Of a stretch of DNA of 64,000 nt, positions 13,916 through 25,624 are shown one piece after another. The stretch comes from Tubiluchus corallicola (Eukaryota > Animalia > Priapulida). A program made the position numbers and the translations under genes. Below the pieces are notes generated by a model. That model was not told the DNA's origin. It saw nothing but the letters and a program-made list of their open reading frames with translations, and searched no databases. How positions within the stretch are numbered: position 1 is the stretch's first letter; each line of letters starts with the position of its first letter. The DNA is taken from the NCBI GenBank assembly GCA_030141605.1, contig JAQGDQ010000412.1:1-64000 (forward strand), in the 5' to 3' direction.

Positions 13916-14444
13916 TGCGTGCGTGTGTGTGTGTGTGTGTGTGTGTGTTTATTTATGAACGTATTTATTTATTTATTTTTGTTTATTTGTTTAACAGCCA
14001 TAGTTTATTTGTGTCGTGCAAATGGCGAGGTCCTTATGTTTCTCACAAACTAACAAAATATTGTCTTAAGGATTATTCTTTGGTTCTCAGTAACGCATAC
14101 GTTGAAATAAAAAACATTCATTTCTTTGACTTGGCTCGTAACAGGTGGCGCCAGCGTGCAGCGCATTATTATCTGTGTTTCTCCTAAGTTTCAACTGTTT
14201 CTTCCTTTGTATAGGATTAATGATTTTCTCGTTTGTTTTTTGAACCATCATTACTTACATTACTAGTACTGCTTATCATACATACATACATACATACATA
14301 CATACATACATAAATATCCACGTAAATAAAATGTCTTGACACATGAAGATAGGTGCCATTTCTTTGTAACTTGTCGGGAAACGTCCATTATACATCTCTC
14401 ATGAATTATACAGATTAAATACACATCTCTCATGATCACCGTTC

Positions 14445-14522
14445 GCGACAGCAATAATGTAGTGGTCACAGCGTCGACTTGTAAACAAAGAGTTCATGGT
14501 TCAAATGCAGGCTGTACCCCAA
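14445..14522 (+). mobile_element. Degenerate tRNA-derived SINE head (mirror ~3540-3620, -)
   Basis: A-box-like tgtagtggt and B-box-like ggttcaaatgc at tRNA-like spacing; no intact cloverleaf. Confidence 0.4.
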
Positions 14523-14670
14523 CACTTTTCTTCAGCCGAGTTTGGCTTCAAAATTTAACAATACTAAGTTTATTTTATAACAATCATGAATTTATTACAT
14601 TATCAGTTGTAAAGTTGTTGCATAAAAGACAGAGAGAAAGAGAGAGGGGGGAGGGAGAGAGAAAGAGAGA

Positions 14671-14726
<56 letters not shown>

Positions 14727-14743
14727 GAGAGAAAGAGAGAGTC

Positions 14744-14787
<44 letters not shown>

Positions 14788-14970
14788 TGCTTGGCGGCCA
14801 TGATCAACGTATCAATACATAGACTATACCACAGTCACGTATACATACAGCTATAGTTGTTGATTGTTTAGTACTGAAATACCTGAAGTACTGAAATACT
14901 CATGTTAACTGGACCTACAACTGGGCTACTGTATTACGCTGTACAACGCGTTTCTAATTCTGAGAACACT

Positions 14971-15085
14971 GATTGGCCAAAGCCTCCACCCTTTCTTGTT
15001 AAAATAGACCCGTCCGAAACCATTTCGGGTATAAAAGACCTGGACAACTGACATACAGTCTCCTTAGTTTTTGAGCGACGTAAGT
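14971..15085 (+). promoter_or_regulatory. Pol II core promoter and short first non-coding exon, probably of the zinc-finger gene
   Basis: Inverted CCAAT (gattgg, 14971), TATAAAA at 15030, Inr-like CAGT at ~15056 and TTAGTT at ~15064, then a perfect donor GTAAGT at 15080. Confidence 0.6.
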
Positions 15086-17800
15086 ACGATAGTGCGATCT
15101 TATTATTTAATATCTTGTATGAATTTATTTTTCTCTGTGCGTTTAAGTGAGTCTATTCTCTCTATTGTGTATTGTTGATTATTGCGCATATCTTAAGTGA
15201 TCTTTATAATTATTAATGATATGATAAGGTAAGAAAATGTTTTTTTTTAATTTTCAACATGGCAGACACGTGCGGCTATGTGAGTATGTACCTATGCGGC
15301 TATAGTTTTTTGCTAATTCTTAGATATTTAGATATATATGTATCAATATGTATACGTATATGTATAGTATAATATGTATAATATGTATACGTATATGTAT
15401 AATATAATATGTATATGTATAATGTGTATATGTATAGTGTGTATATGTATAATGTGTATATGTATGATATGTATACGTATATACATGTATACATATATAC
15501 ATATTATATATATGTAGCTGTTGATAATATATTATTCCCTAATTGTTACAGGAAGCTTTTAGTTTCAATTTTAATTTGTTTCTAAATATTATAGGGCCTA
15601 ATTCTACAAATTCAATTGCGAAGTCCGTAACTGACGCGTCCGCATCCGTAAAACGCGGATTGACTGAAATTTGAAGATCCGCGTCACCCAATCCCGTGCC
15701 CTATTGTGTTAAAACCGTTTTTTTGTATGAATTTATAATCACTATTCAATAATAAATTAAGAGGCCAGACCACGTGATGCAATTTTGCTTGTAAGCGACT
15801 GACTACTCACAGCATGTTACTATACCGCCCCAACATATCATACCCAACACACCCACCACAAACCATAAAATGTTATAATATTTGTAATTGCAAGGAATGT
15901 TTTGCGTCGGAAATTTTCTATGCGTGGTTTTTTGCGCGCTGAAATTTCGCGTAAAATCCCCAAATTTTTGACATTAAAAATCCGCATACCTGCAAAGAAT
16001 ACATCCGCATTTCGCATAAAAAATGCGGACACCGCAATCGCATGACTGCAAATCAGCTATCCGCCCATCTCTACTGCATGTAAAATTTAAGCCTGATTTT
16101 CGAAGAAAAAAATGAATAGGCCTACAATTTATTCCATTTTTAACCCACTAATACGAATTTTATAATTTCTTTCCTCGCATCTTATACTGTTATTTCCGTT
16201 AAGATAAGAAAATTTGCTAACAATTTAGTACTTTTTGCTCTTTTAATTGCATCCAAAACTTTGCTTAAATTATTTATCTCTTCAAAAATGTTCGAATGCA
16301 AACAACAGTTTTTCCTGCGCATGAGCAGTAGACGTTTAGAGCTCAAGTCTTTAAAAATGTTCGAATGTAAACAACTGTTTTCCTGCGCATGAGCAGTAGA
16401 CGTTTAGAGTTCAAGAGTTTATGATTTTGCTTGGCGCATCTGAACCGCAAATTTTTATTGCTACTGTTGTAGTAGCATTTCGGCCAGGTTTTTGTCCTTT
16501 ATAATTAGTTCGGTATTTCTGTATATTTGACTCTGTATGCTTTGACCGTTCTCACCACACTTCTACTTCTTTACATGAAAAATACGCCGCTTAGGAATAA
16601 AAATGAATAAAAATTCGACAGCCAGTGACCCAGAAACGCTTGTACAGGGTGTCGCAAAAGAAACGGCGTAGTAGAAATATTCTAACCAGCTGAAATGCGC
16701 TGATCAAATAACTCGGAAGCGTGTTTGTTCACGTGTGCGAAATAAAAATGATTCTATTTCTATTGTTTGACTGTCTTTGGTTAAAATCGAGAGATAAATA
16801 TTTACAACAGTAACTGCTCAACATGTCACTTAGGAAAAACTAGTTATAAATCTACGGATTGACGATTTTTTATTAAAATTTTTACTTCCACCCTGTGAAT
16901 CAAAAATGGCTTTATCAGCTGGCTTCATACTGAGTCTGGTAAATAAATTTTCAGTGTCATAAAGAAGCCAATCTTCATGCTGTAGAAAAAACAGCACAGT
17001 TAAAAATGTTGCTGTTCATATTTAAATTACGCGTTTATGATTGAACTCTCAAATGGCTGTTTATGATAAGTGTTGATTTTTGTAAGGAAATTAAGTAGCC
17101 CTTGATCTGTTTGTATTTTTCGTTATCAGTGACACGTCTGCCAGAAAAACGAAAATTTGCCACCAAGATAAATGATCTCCGCAAACGAAGTTAAACAACA
17201 TAAAGCCCGGTTAATAAATGAATAGTGACTACTGAATGATGAATGATTAATGAATAATGACTCGTTGTACACGTACCTATAAACGTGTGCCTTTTGAGGA
17301 AACCTTGGGTACGCATTCTGACTAGCCACAAGGTCATTAAAGTTTCCACTGACTTTGAATACTGGCAGACAGCTTGCGCTAAATGCAGGACTGTAGATTC
17401 ACATCGGAGCTGTATAATATTATGAGAAAGTTAACTTTTAATGCACGTAATTAAAAATTGTCATTTTTTTCAGGTCCAAACTTTGTCTTTTTTCAAATTT
17501 TATATTACCAAGATAGAAATTAAGTACATACTTTTAAATGTAAATTTTATACTACTTTTACTGCTACTGCCACCACCAGAAGTACTATGATATTATATTG
17601 GTGTACATTTTTTTTCAGATTAAGCATTCCATTCTAAGATTGCTAACTACTAGTGTTTATTTGTTTATCAAGCTTTCTTCATCAAGCCTTCATATTCGTT
17701 ATTACTTATTTTGACCCTGTATATTAACATTAGAGCTGCTATAAAATTATAAGAAAGTTAACGTTTATTGCATGTAATTAAAAGTTGTTATGTTTTTCAG

Positions 17801-17829
17801 ATACGAGCTTTAAAAGCGAATTTGAATTG
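17801..17829 (+). other. Putative 29-nt 5'UTR exon of the zinc-finger gene
   Basis: tgtttttcag|atacgagc...gaattg|gtaagt; conserved in the left arm (~250-278, -) and in the paralog (~36531-36562, -). Confidence 0.5.
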
Positions 17830-18106
17830 GTAAGTTTGACTATTTTCTTGTTGAATTTTTAAATTTTAAATGACCCTACTGTCCGTGTGTCTGTTCGTCC
17901 ACTGTCCACAGTAGGTTTTTCTCTTGTATTTCTGTAACAAATGATCGGATCGTCGTGAAACTCGTGCGATTCGAACTCTAGATCCTGTGCAGTTAGAATC
18001 TTGACATTGCTAAAAAGGTCTTAGCTGACCGAGACGTAAATAACAATTCATTTTTTTTTGCTTATTTCAGATTGAAATCACGGATTCTATTTTGGATTAT
18101 TGGATC

Positions 18107-19260
18107 ATGCCTAAGCGGTGAGTAAAGAAATTTTGCTTTTTAGCCAGAAAACCTTTCCATTTACTTTTTTATCTTCTGCATATGTACCGTTGTCCAAACA
18201 TACAGAAATATTTTTCTGCTGTTAATAGTCTCGTGTAGTGTGAGATTATTCTTTATTTATGACTTTTTACAGGATCATCTTACAATTTATTTTTGAAACA
18301 TTTTAAGTTAACAAGCCAGCCCCACGTCTGTTGTGTTTGCAATCATTAAAATTTCTACATTCTCAATAACCTGAAGACTTTGCTGCCAGTAAACAGAACA
18401 TCGTTTTTCTTGTAACTAAACTTTAAACAATATAAAATAGTTTGCGTTATTATAGTGATAAAAAAGTCAAATCAAATTTACTACGTACCCTTAGTTTGTA
18501 CAACAACTTAATAACCTATTTATTTTATCATGGACTTTATATATGTATGCTCTTATAATATTACTGTCTTGTATTAACGGCTGTTGTTTACTTTTTCTGT
18601 TAAACTAGAAAAATGAAATGACGTTTTTCTTCTTTTTTCAGATGTCATTGGTTCGCAGAGTGCGGGGGGCGGGGAAATGTCAACCCACGGTACGCCACGC
18701 ACAGGGCCACGTCTGCCTGTGCGTGGCGCTACGAGAGTCTGCGGGAGAGAGAGCTCGTGGCAGGGGTGGTGGCTCGGCCACCCCTGGAAGAACGCCAGAG
18801 CAAGCCGAAGCCAGTGTAAGTAGACACGATTATAATTACAAATTAGCTTTTTCAGTAGTAGAACCGTTCATTTTGCCCCCTCGTGGCTATAGTTTTTGTT
18901 TTTGTTTACTTTGTAGTTTCGTTTTAGTTTACTTTACACAAAATTGTAAAGCAAACAATGCAAAATAAATTAACAGCTAGCTTATTACAATCATTTCATG
19001 GAGTTTTCATATCATCTTAATCGACACGAACTGGAACGTTGTCTCTGCACATTTCATTCCATACGAGATATTACTGATTTTTCGATAGTTATTTATTGTA
19101 CCAAAAGGAAAAATGATTATAGCAAACGACGTCAACAATCATTTAAAGTTACGTCACTGTTTTTTTGTATCGTGCTATAATGATAATGATAAGAATGATG
19201 ATGGTGATGATGGTGATGGTGATGATGTTGGTGATGGTAATGGTAATCATTTAGAGAGAT

Positions 19261-19298
<38 letters not shown>

Positions 19299-22200
19299 AG
19301 GAAGAAGGAAAAGCGAATGTTATAGTCACCAGGAAACATGATGACCTAGTTATGAAATTGTTTTTGTAATTCAAATGTCTCTGTTTCAAAACCAGGCTGA
19401 GTTCAAGCTATTTACTTTCTTGTCTTCTGGAGTTTATCAACATTCATAATAATTGTGGTTTTCTACCGACATAGCAAGTATTTTACTGTGTTGGTTGCAG
19501 TAGTTCATTTAGCTGCTGAAAGAGACGGTTTGCTAAACTCTGCTGTTTCTTAACTGAGCACAATATTTACTCGAGTAGTTGTGAACCGTAACTGAACAAC
19601 TGACCTACCAACTTTGAGCAATTTTCGTCCAAGAAGTCATGGGTAACTTGAATATGAGTTAATATATTTTTGGTTAAAACGTTTTATACGTAAATGGCTA
19701 TATAAATAATAATAATTATAATTATCCTTAACAATGTTTAGGACACTAATAGTCCAATAATAACAGCTTGTTTTCAAAGTAGTTTTGATAGAACTCGCTT
19801 GGCAGAACGAACGGTAATTAAATCTTTACTCTTATGCGTCAGGAATTGAACCCGCGACCTCTAGGGTGGAAAACGAACACATTACAATTGAGCTAACCCC
19901 CGAATAACGCATAGCAGCAAAATATTTGCTGTTTCTTTTCAGTTAGATGTGCAAATTTGTGCTTTCAACACTAGAAAATTGATATTTCATTTATTTTTCT
20001 TTCCATTTGGAGATGTGCAATATGTCAGCTTGTGTGTCAATGTTTATAATAAACCTACCAGAGTTGAACTTGTGCATTAAGAGGATTGATCAGTTTTTCA
20101 AACACGTGCTTAACAAATTGCCAGCAAATAGGAGTCATTTAATTCCAACAATTTCTCATGTAGTTTTATAAACTTCTTAAACATGCAGATTTTTCAGAGA
20201 TTTTTTTTTTGAGAATAGTTTGATTCAATATCGTTTTTTGCTTTTGTAAAAGAGCTGTGAAAAAATTGGGATACACAATCCCGATTTTATACCAGCAAAT
20301 AGGAGTCAATTAGTTCCAACAAATTTCTCATGTAGTTTTATTAAATTTGTTTATCCATAAAGTTATTAAACCGGAAGTGCATCTTCCCATCATATAAGTT
20401 TTGTAGACTTTTTCGCTGTTGTTTTTTTTTGAAGTTTGACAAAATGACAGTACGTTTTGTAGAAAAATGAAAATTATTTTTGTCTCTTTTAGGCGAAGGT
20501 GCCCAAATTACGATTCCTGTGGTGGGCAGGGCAATGTGGTGGAGGGTCGGGGCAGGCACTATGTGATGTCCAATTGTCCTTTTGAGGTGGAGGAGGTGCC
20601 TGTCCCGGCCTTGCGTGTGACCAGGTAAGCGGATTTTTTTATAATTTAAACCTGACAAAAAGGAAATCTTAATTTTACTGACACAGTTAGAACTGACTTT
20701 CAACCCTTAAATTTCAACTTTTTATTATTATGTATAAAAGCACAAAACTGGTTAAACTTTGTCTCTAAACGTGTTAGGGGCCTGATGCAGGGCTAATATG
20801 CAAAAACATGCTGTTAGACATCTTTAAGAAATGACAAAATTTAGCGGAAGAAACTTTAGTTTACTAATAATGACTGGCATTATAGACTAGCAAAGGCATT
20901 GCAACTTGTCAGTTTAACAGTACAAATGCTAGCTCCCAATGTTCAGTAATGCACAAACGTCTTTTGCTTTTTATGCAGAAACAGTGAATGGACGTAGTAA
21001 CCTATTAACTGATACTTTACGTAGGTTTTATATGACTTAATAACATGCCAAATGTCAGCATAATAATCGGCCCATGTGACGACGCAAATAGCCACCAAAG
21101 TAGTTTTCATTTTTCTATGAGTTATACAGCATCTCCCCGACGACACCCCACCCCCGATTTTCGTGAGAAAATGTAAGAGGCCATATTAACGACTTTTTAG
21201 AGGCTTACATGTTTGCTAAACAAGGATTTATTTTTCAGAGCTTATCCAACTGGAGTGGGGCGTGTTTTGCCTGTTCGTCGGGTGCGGCCTGCGAATTTCA
21301 GGCCGCACCCGTATGCCAGACGGCGGACTGCAGTTGCTGCTGTTGAGGTAGGATAGTTATTTCCTACACTGCAAGTTCTAATCCTAACCCTAATCCTAAA
21401 CCATAAAAGCAAACAGAATAACAATGATGATATATAATATTTATGCTTACAATAATTTATATAATATGTACACTTTTGTACACATATTACTGTTTGAATG
21501 AAAATTTACTGTACATGAATCTAAATGTACATAAAAATATCATAAGCTGTTTTGCGTAAAGAAATATTAACAGCTCCATCTTCTGTTTTATTAAAGAATG
21601 TGCAGGTAATTTTTTCTAGTCCATCCTGTATCATGTCTATTGTTCAAAACGTTTGCTCATCAATATAATGCATCTGCATTGTGGTCCAAGTTTTTCCAAT
21701 CAAATATACATTGTTAAAAGTAATTAACAATGGCAGATTTTGTTTTAAAAATTTGTAAATTCTTGTAATGTGAATGAAAGATTCCTTAAATCTCACTAAT
21801 TGAATCTCACTTTCGTCTCAGTAAACTAAATCACAACAAATTTTATATAATTTTTATTAAAAAGTGAAAAGACGATTTTATTGTTTATCGCAAAAAACTT
21901 TCCACACAAAGTCATATTACTTAGTATATAAGCTTACATGACTGACGGACACTGTGCTAACTAGAAAATGAAATTCTAAATAATTTAAAATGTTTCCACC
22001 AACTGTTAAGACGGCATTGAAGTGCCTTCCCAGTGTGCACCACTGATTCACCAAAAACACATTATTGATCCTATTGACAACACAAAGTAATTTATACATT
22101 TGTTTAGCTAGTGAAGAGCGTCCTATTCTTCAAAGTTTACCCAATGTTATCTTAACTTTATTTCAAATGTTTGCCTTTGAAGTTTCAAGTTTTATACAGC

Positions 22201-24014
22201 ATTACTGCTTATATAGGTTTTGTGCACAATAAAGTAGCATGTAAGTGATAAGAAATTTAAAAATTAAGATAATTTATTCCCATTTTTTTAATTAATTTCT
22301 TTTTTCCTACTGACAGCTGCTAATGTGCAATGGAAACGTTGATTTTTTCTTATTAAAAATGATATAAAGTTCCCTGATATCGTGAGACATTTATCAAACT
22401 CATGCCATTGTTCTGATTAAGAATTTGAAAACTATGACACCATAATAAGAAAGATAACTGTATATTTGTACAAGGGTTTGGCAGAATTAGGCCTGCCTAA
22501 AAGTATAGTTGGCAAACTGTATATTTGTACAAGGGTTTGGCAGAATTAGGCCTGCTTAAAAGTATAGTTGGCAAACTGTATATTTGTACAAGGGTTTGGC
22601 AGAATTAAGCCTGCCTAAAAGTATAGTTGGCAAACTGTATATTTGTACAAGGGTTTGGCAGAATTAGCCCTGCCTAAAAGTATAGTTGGCAAACTGTATA
22701 TTTACAGTTCATACTATAAACAAATTAATTGAACCATTTAGTACAGATTGTGTTTTATGTTATGCAACTAATATTTTTAAATCTCTCTATAGTTTTTATA
22801 AATATTCAACAGTACTGTAAGCCTGCACGTATTGAACACTTTTAGTGCCAGGTTTGTCTAGTGCATATGTGCGTTGTGCTTGTACATGCATATATAATTA
22901 TGTAAATATTTTTGCTGGAATCATTTGTAATTTTTATATAAGCTTTTACAGCTATGTGGTTAAAGTGGTTTTTGATGCCTGCTCTATTCTTTAAGTTAAA
23001 ATAAATGGAAAATCGCAGAAATGTTGTGATAAACATCATATTTTTATCTTTTTGCAAATGCCAAGTGTGTGGACATTCGACAAGTATATCAAAAAGGAAG
23101 GCGTTTCTTTGAAGACTGAATAATGAATATTTTGCTGCCCTCTGTTAAAGGCTTAATACATTAACTGTAATTGTTTTTCGTATGTGCCTAGCTGACATTG
23201 TTTCGATGTTTGATCTGCAAAAGTTTAATGGCCATAATTTGAAAAAACTAAAACTTGAAACTTTTATAGTCAAAATTTAATGCATTGTGATGCCATGTTG
23301 TGCTGCCATCTGTTGAGTACTTTATACATTAACCTGGCTGTTTTTTTTCAGTTGATTATTAGCTTTGGATAATTAAATTTTTAACCTGCAAAAGCTTTTC
23401 AACCATAATTTGAAAAGTACTCAAACTTGTAATGCCTGTAAAATTTACATGCAAGGACTAATACACAGAAACTTCAGCCTTGTGTTTGTAGGGCACTTGC
23501 TTTTGATATTATTGTAATCAAAACTTCGGTGCATTTTTTCTGTGCCACCCGATATTAGATTCTATTTTTTGTGTAAACTAAATTATTGCTTTTTTATTTT
23601 TAGCACGTTGTTCCAGCTCCAGTTGGAGATGTTTGTGAGGCGGCCTGCTACCCACAGGCGTTCCATCCGGAGGAGCTGCGTCGATCTTCGACCTCCTCCG
23701 TGGGTAGCAGCGACTCGGAGGACTCCGTTGCCAGGGGTATCGAGGAGTGGAAGGAGAGTGTTGGATTCAGGAAGGAGCATGGATTTGCTCTTCCTGGATG
23801 CCCCTGGCCACCGTCGCCTGGCCGTCCCAGGCGGCGGTCTCGTTCGGATGAGGAGGAAGAAGAGCAGGAGCGTGTCCGGCGTGTTCTGGAGGAACGGGAG
23901 CGGATTTTGTCGGACACGTATGTCGATAGTGACCTGGATACATCGCATGATGTCAGTGATTTTGAGCGTTGGCGGTGGGAAGCCATTTATGGACAGCCAT
24001 GGTTTTCTGATTAA
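18107..24014 (+). CDS. Spliced gene, 278 aa, with two CCHHC(MyT1/C2HC)-like zinc fingers; coding exons 18107-18117, 18642-18815, 20493-20624, 21239-21347, 23604-24014
   Basis: All introns are GT-AG with polypyrimidine tracts; phases 2,2,2,0 join without stops (837 nt); exons are GC-rich islands. Product: MPKRCHWFAECGGRGNVNPRYATHRATSACAW...VRRCPNYDSCGGQGNVVEGRGRHYVMSNCPF...RAYPTGVGRVLPVRRVRPANFRPHPYARRR...HVVPAP...SSDSED...DEEEEEQER...WRWEAIYGQPWFSD*. The last exon contains track ORF 23700..24014. Confidence 0.8.
19835..19900 (-). mobile_element. tRNA-derived SINE head
   Basis: Minus strand ggtTAGCTCAATTGtaatgtgttcgttttccaccctagaggtcgcgGGTTCAATTCCtgac has A and B boxes. Confidence 0.6.
22456..22703. 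repeat. 59-bp tandem repeat x~4
   Basis: Unit aactgtatatttgtacaagggtttggcagaattaggcctgcctaaaagtatagttggca; partial inverted single copies at ~34410-34455 and ~36720-36752. Confidence 0.9.
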
Positions 24015-25624
24015 GATGTTTTTGGTATGTCTTTTTTCTCTACAATTACTTATTGTAATCTCCTACAGTAAGACAATGAAATATCAGAGGTGCTTTAGTG
24101 GTGTTTCCCAAGGGGGGTGGGGAGGACAAGTCACCCTCTTTCTACTCCTCTAACTAGTTGGAGTAGTTTCACACAAGAAACTTTTTTGTTACCCATTAAC
24201 CCAAACGTGTAACAGTAATTTTCATCTCACTATGTCAGCATGCCGCAGTATCCATGTTTTTTTCTGCAAACAATTGTAGCATTTTGACCTTTTTTCATTT
24301 TTATATAGGAAAACGTGCCATGGTGTTTTTTAATGGTGTGACATCATCATGTGTTTTGTGCAACATTCACAACATTTACTGAGAACATCAGATGTGCAGC
24401 ACAGTGAGTGGAATCATGAACTTCTGTGCAGTATATGGAATGCAAGGAGTGGCAACACTGGATTGTTTTGCTTATCACAAGATCAGATGTCCAAAGCAAT
24501 GTTTTCTACAACAAATGGAGACATTAGATGCCTAATGCAACAACAAGGTTTTTTACATTACTGTTATATTTTATTGTGTGTTGTGTCATAGAAAAAGCCA
24601 TTACAATTATCCTCATAGTATGCTTTATATGAAACACTTGTTTCTGATACATTGTAATATTCTTAAATTGATGCTTTAACATTCAGCATCCCTGACCCTA
24701 TTCTGCATCATCAATTGATGCTTGAACATTCAGCATCCCTGGCTCCATTCTGCATCATCATTTCTATTCAGCTTCAGTTTGATGATTCTTTAATGTGTCT
24801 ATACTATGAAGGACACTCCTGTTTTCTTTCTGTTCAGTGTCTAAATGAGTTTGTTGTTTGTCAAGACGAGTCAAGTAATGAAGTGGAGACACCTGGTAGT
24901 TGGTCGCTAAAACTTGTTTTTCAATGTATGACTTCAGTTGTGCTAATTAGTCGTCAGGGAATCAAATCTATAAAATTCATTTCGCATTTTGCACGATTTT
25001 GCATTTCTTGGCATACTCATCATGCAGACTGCTTATCATAATCTTTAGTTATTTTTCTCTCGGGGTGATAATATAGCAGGAGGAGGAGGAGTCACTCTTC
25101 TGTTTTCATATTTTTATATATATACAAGCAAAGTTGGTCTGCACGTAATCGAGAGGGCATCATTGTTTCTATTGTGTTTTTCTGCTGTCATTTCATTAAA
25201 TGATTTAAACCAAATTTTGCTTAAAGACTTTTTCTATCGAATAAGAAACACTTGCAGGTTTTTTGGCGCCCCCTGGATGGTGTCTTAAGTATCGTTTGTT
25301 TGAAGATTGTTAGGCAGGATTTTGCGCATTTAATTTAAATTGTTTGATTGGTTCTTTTCGACCAGCGCATGCGCATCGAGCACTATTACTGCTCGATTTC
25401 AAGCAGTAGTCGATAGTTCTTGACGTGAAAGACAGATATTTTCAATTGTGAGAAATCTATAAGGTTCAGAAATTGTTTGTGTGCAACCTGCGGTTCAGAA
25501 CTGGGATTATCTTTTTGCGTAACCTGTTTTCCATATATTTACAAGGATACATGACTTCCTTCCTGGAATATTATTCCCTGTCAAGTGTTTTACCTAAAAA
25601 ATGACTATTCTCGGTCTAAAAATT

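Larger units (their letters stand above)
9127..18076. repeat. Right arm of giant palindrome
   Basis: Inverted copy of 1-8922, differing by scattered SNPs and microsatellite length changes. Confidence 0.97.

Noticed and set aside
18618-18968. 116-aa ORF as a standalone gene
   Set aside because: Alternative frame over the finger-1 exon; it runs through the acceptor and donor sites.
21378-21402. Telomere-like ctaaccctaatcc motif (also ~34590-34613)
   Set aside because: Only 3-4 degenerate units, intronic; not a telomeric array.
21985-22095. Similarity to 55145-55255
   Set aside because: Ordinary diverged dispersed repeat fragment with no recognisable coding signal.
23542-24153. 203-aa ORF as the real protein
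   Set aside because: Splice phase from the upstream exon selects the other frame (23604-24014), which has a more protein-like composition.
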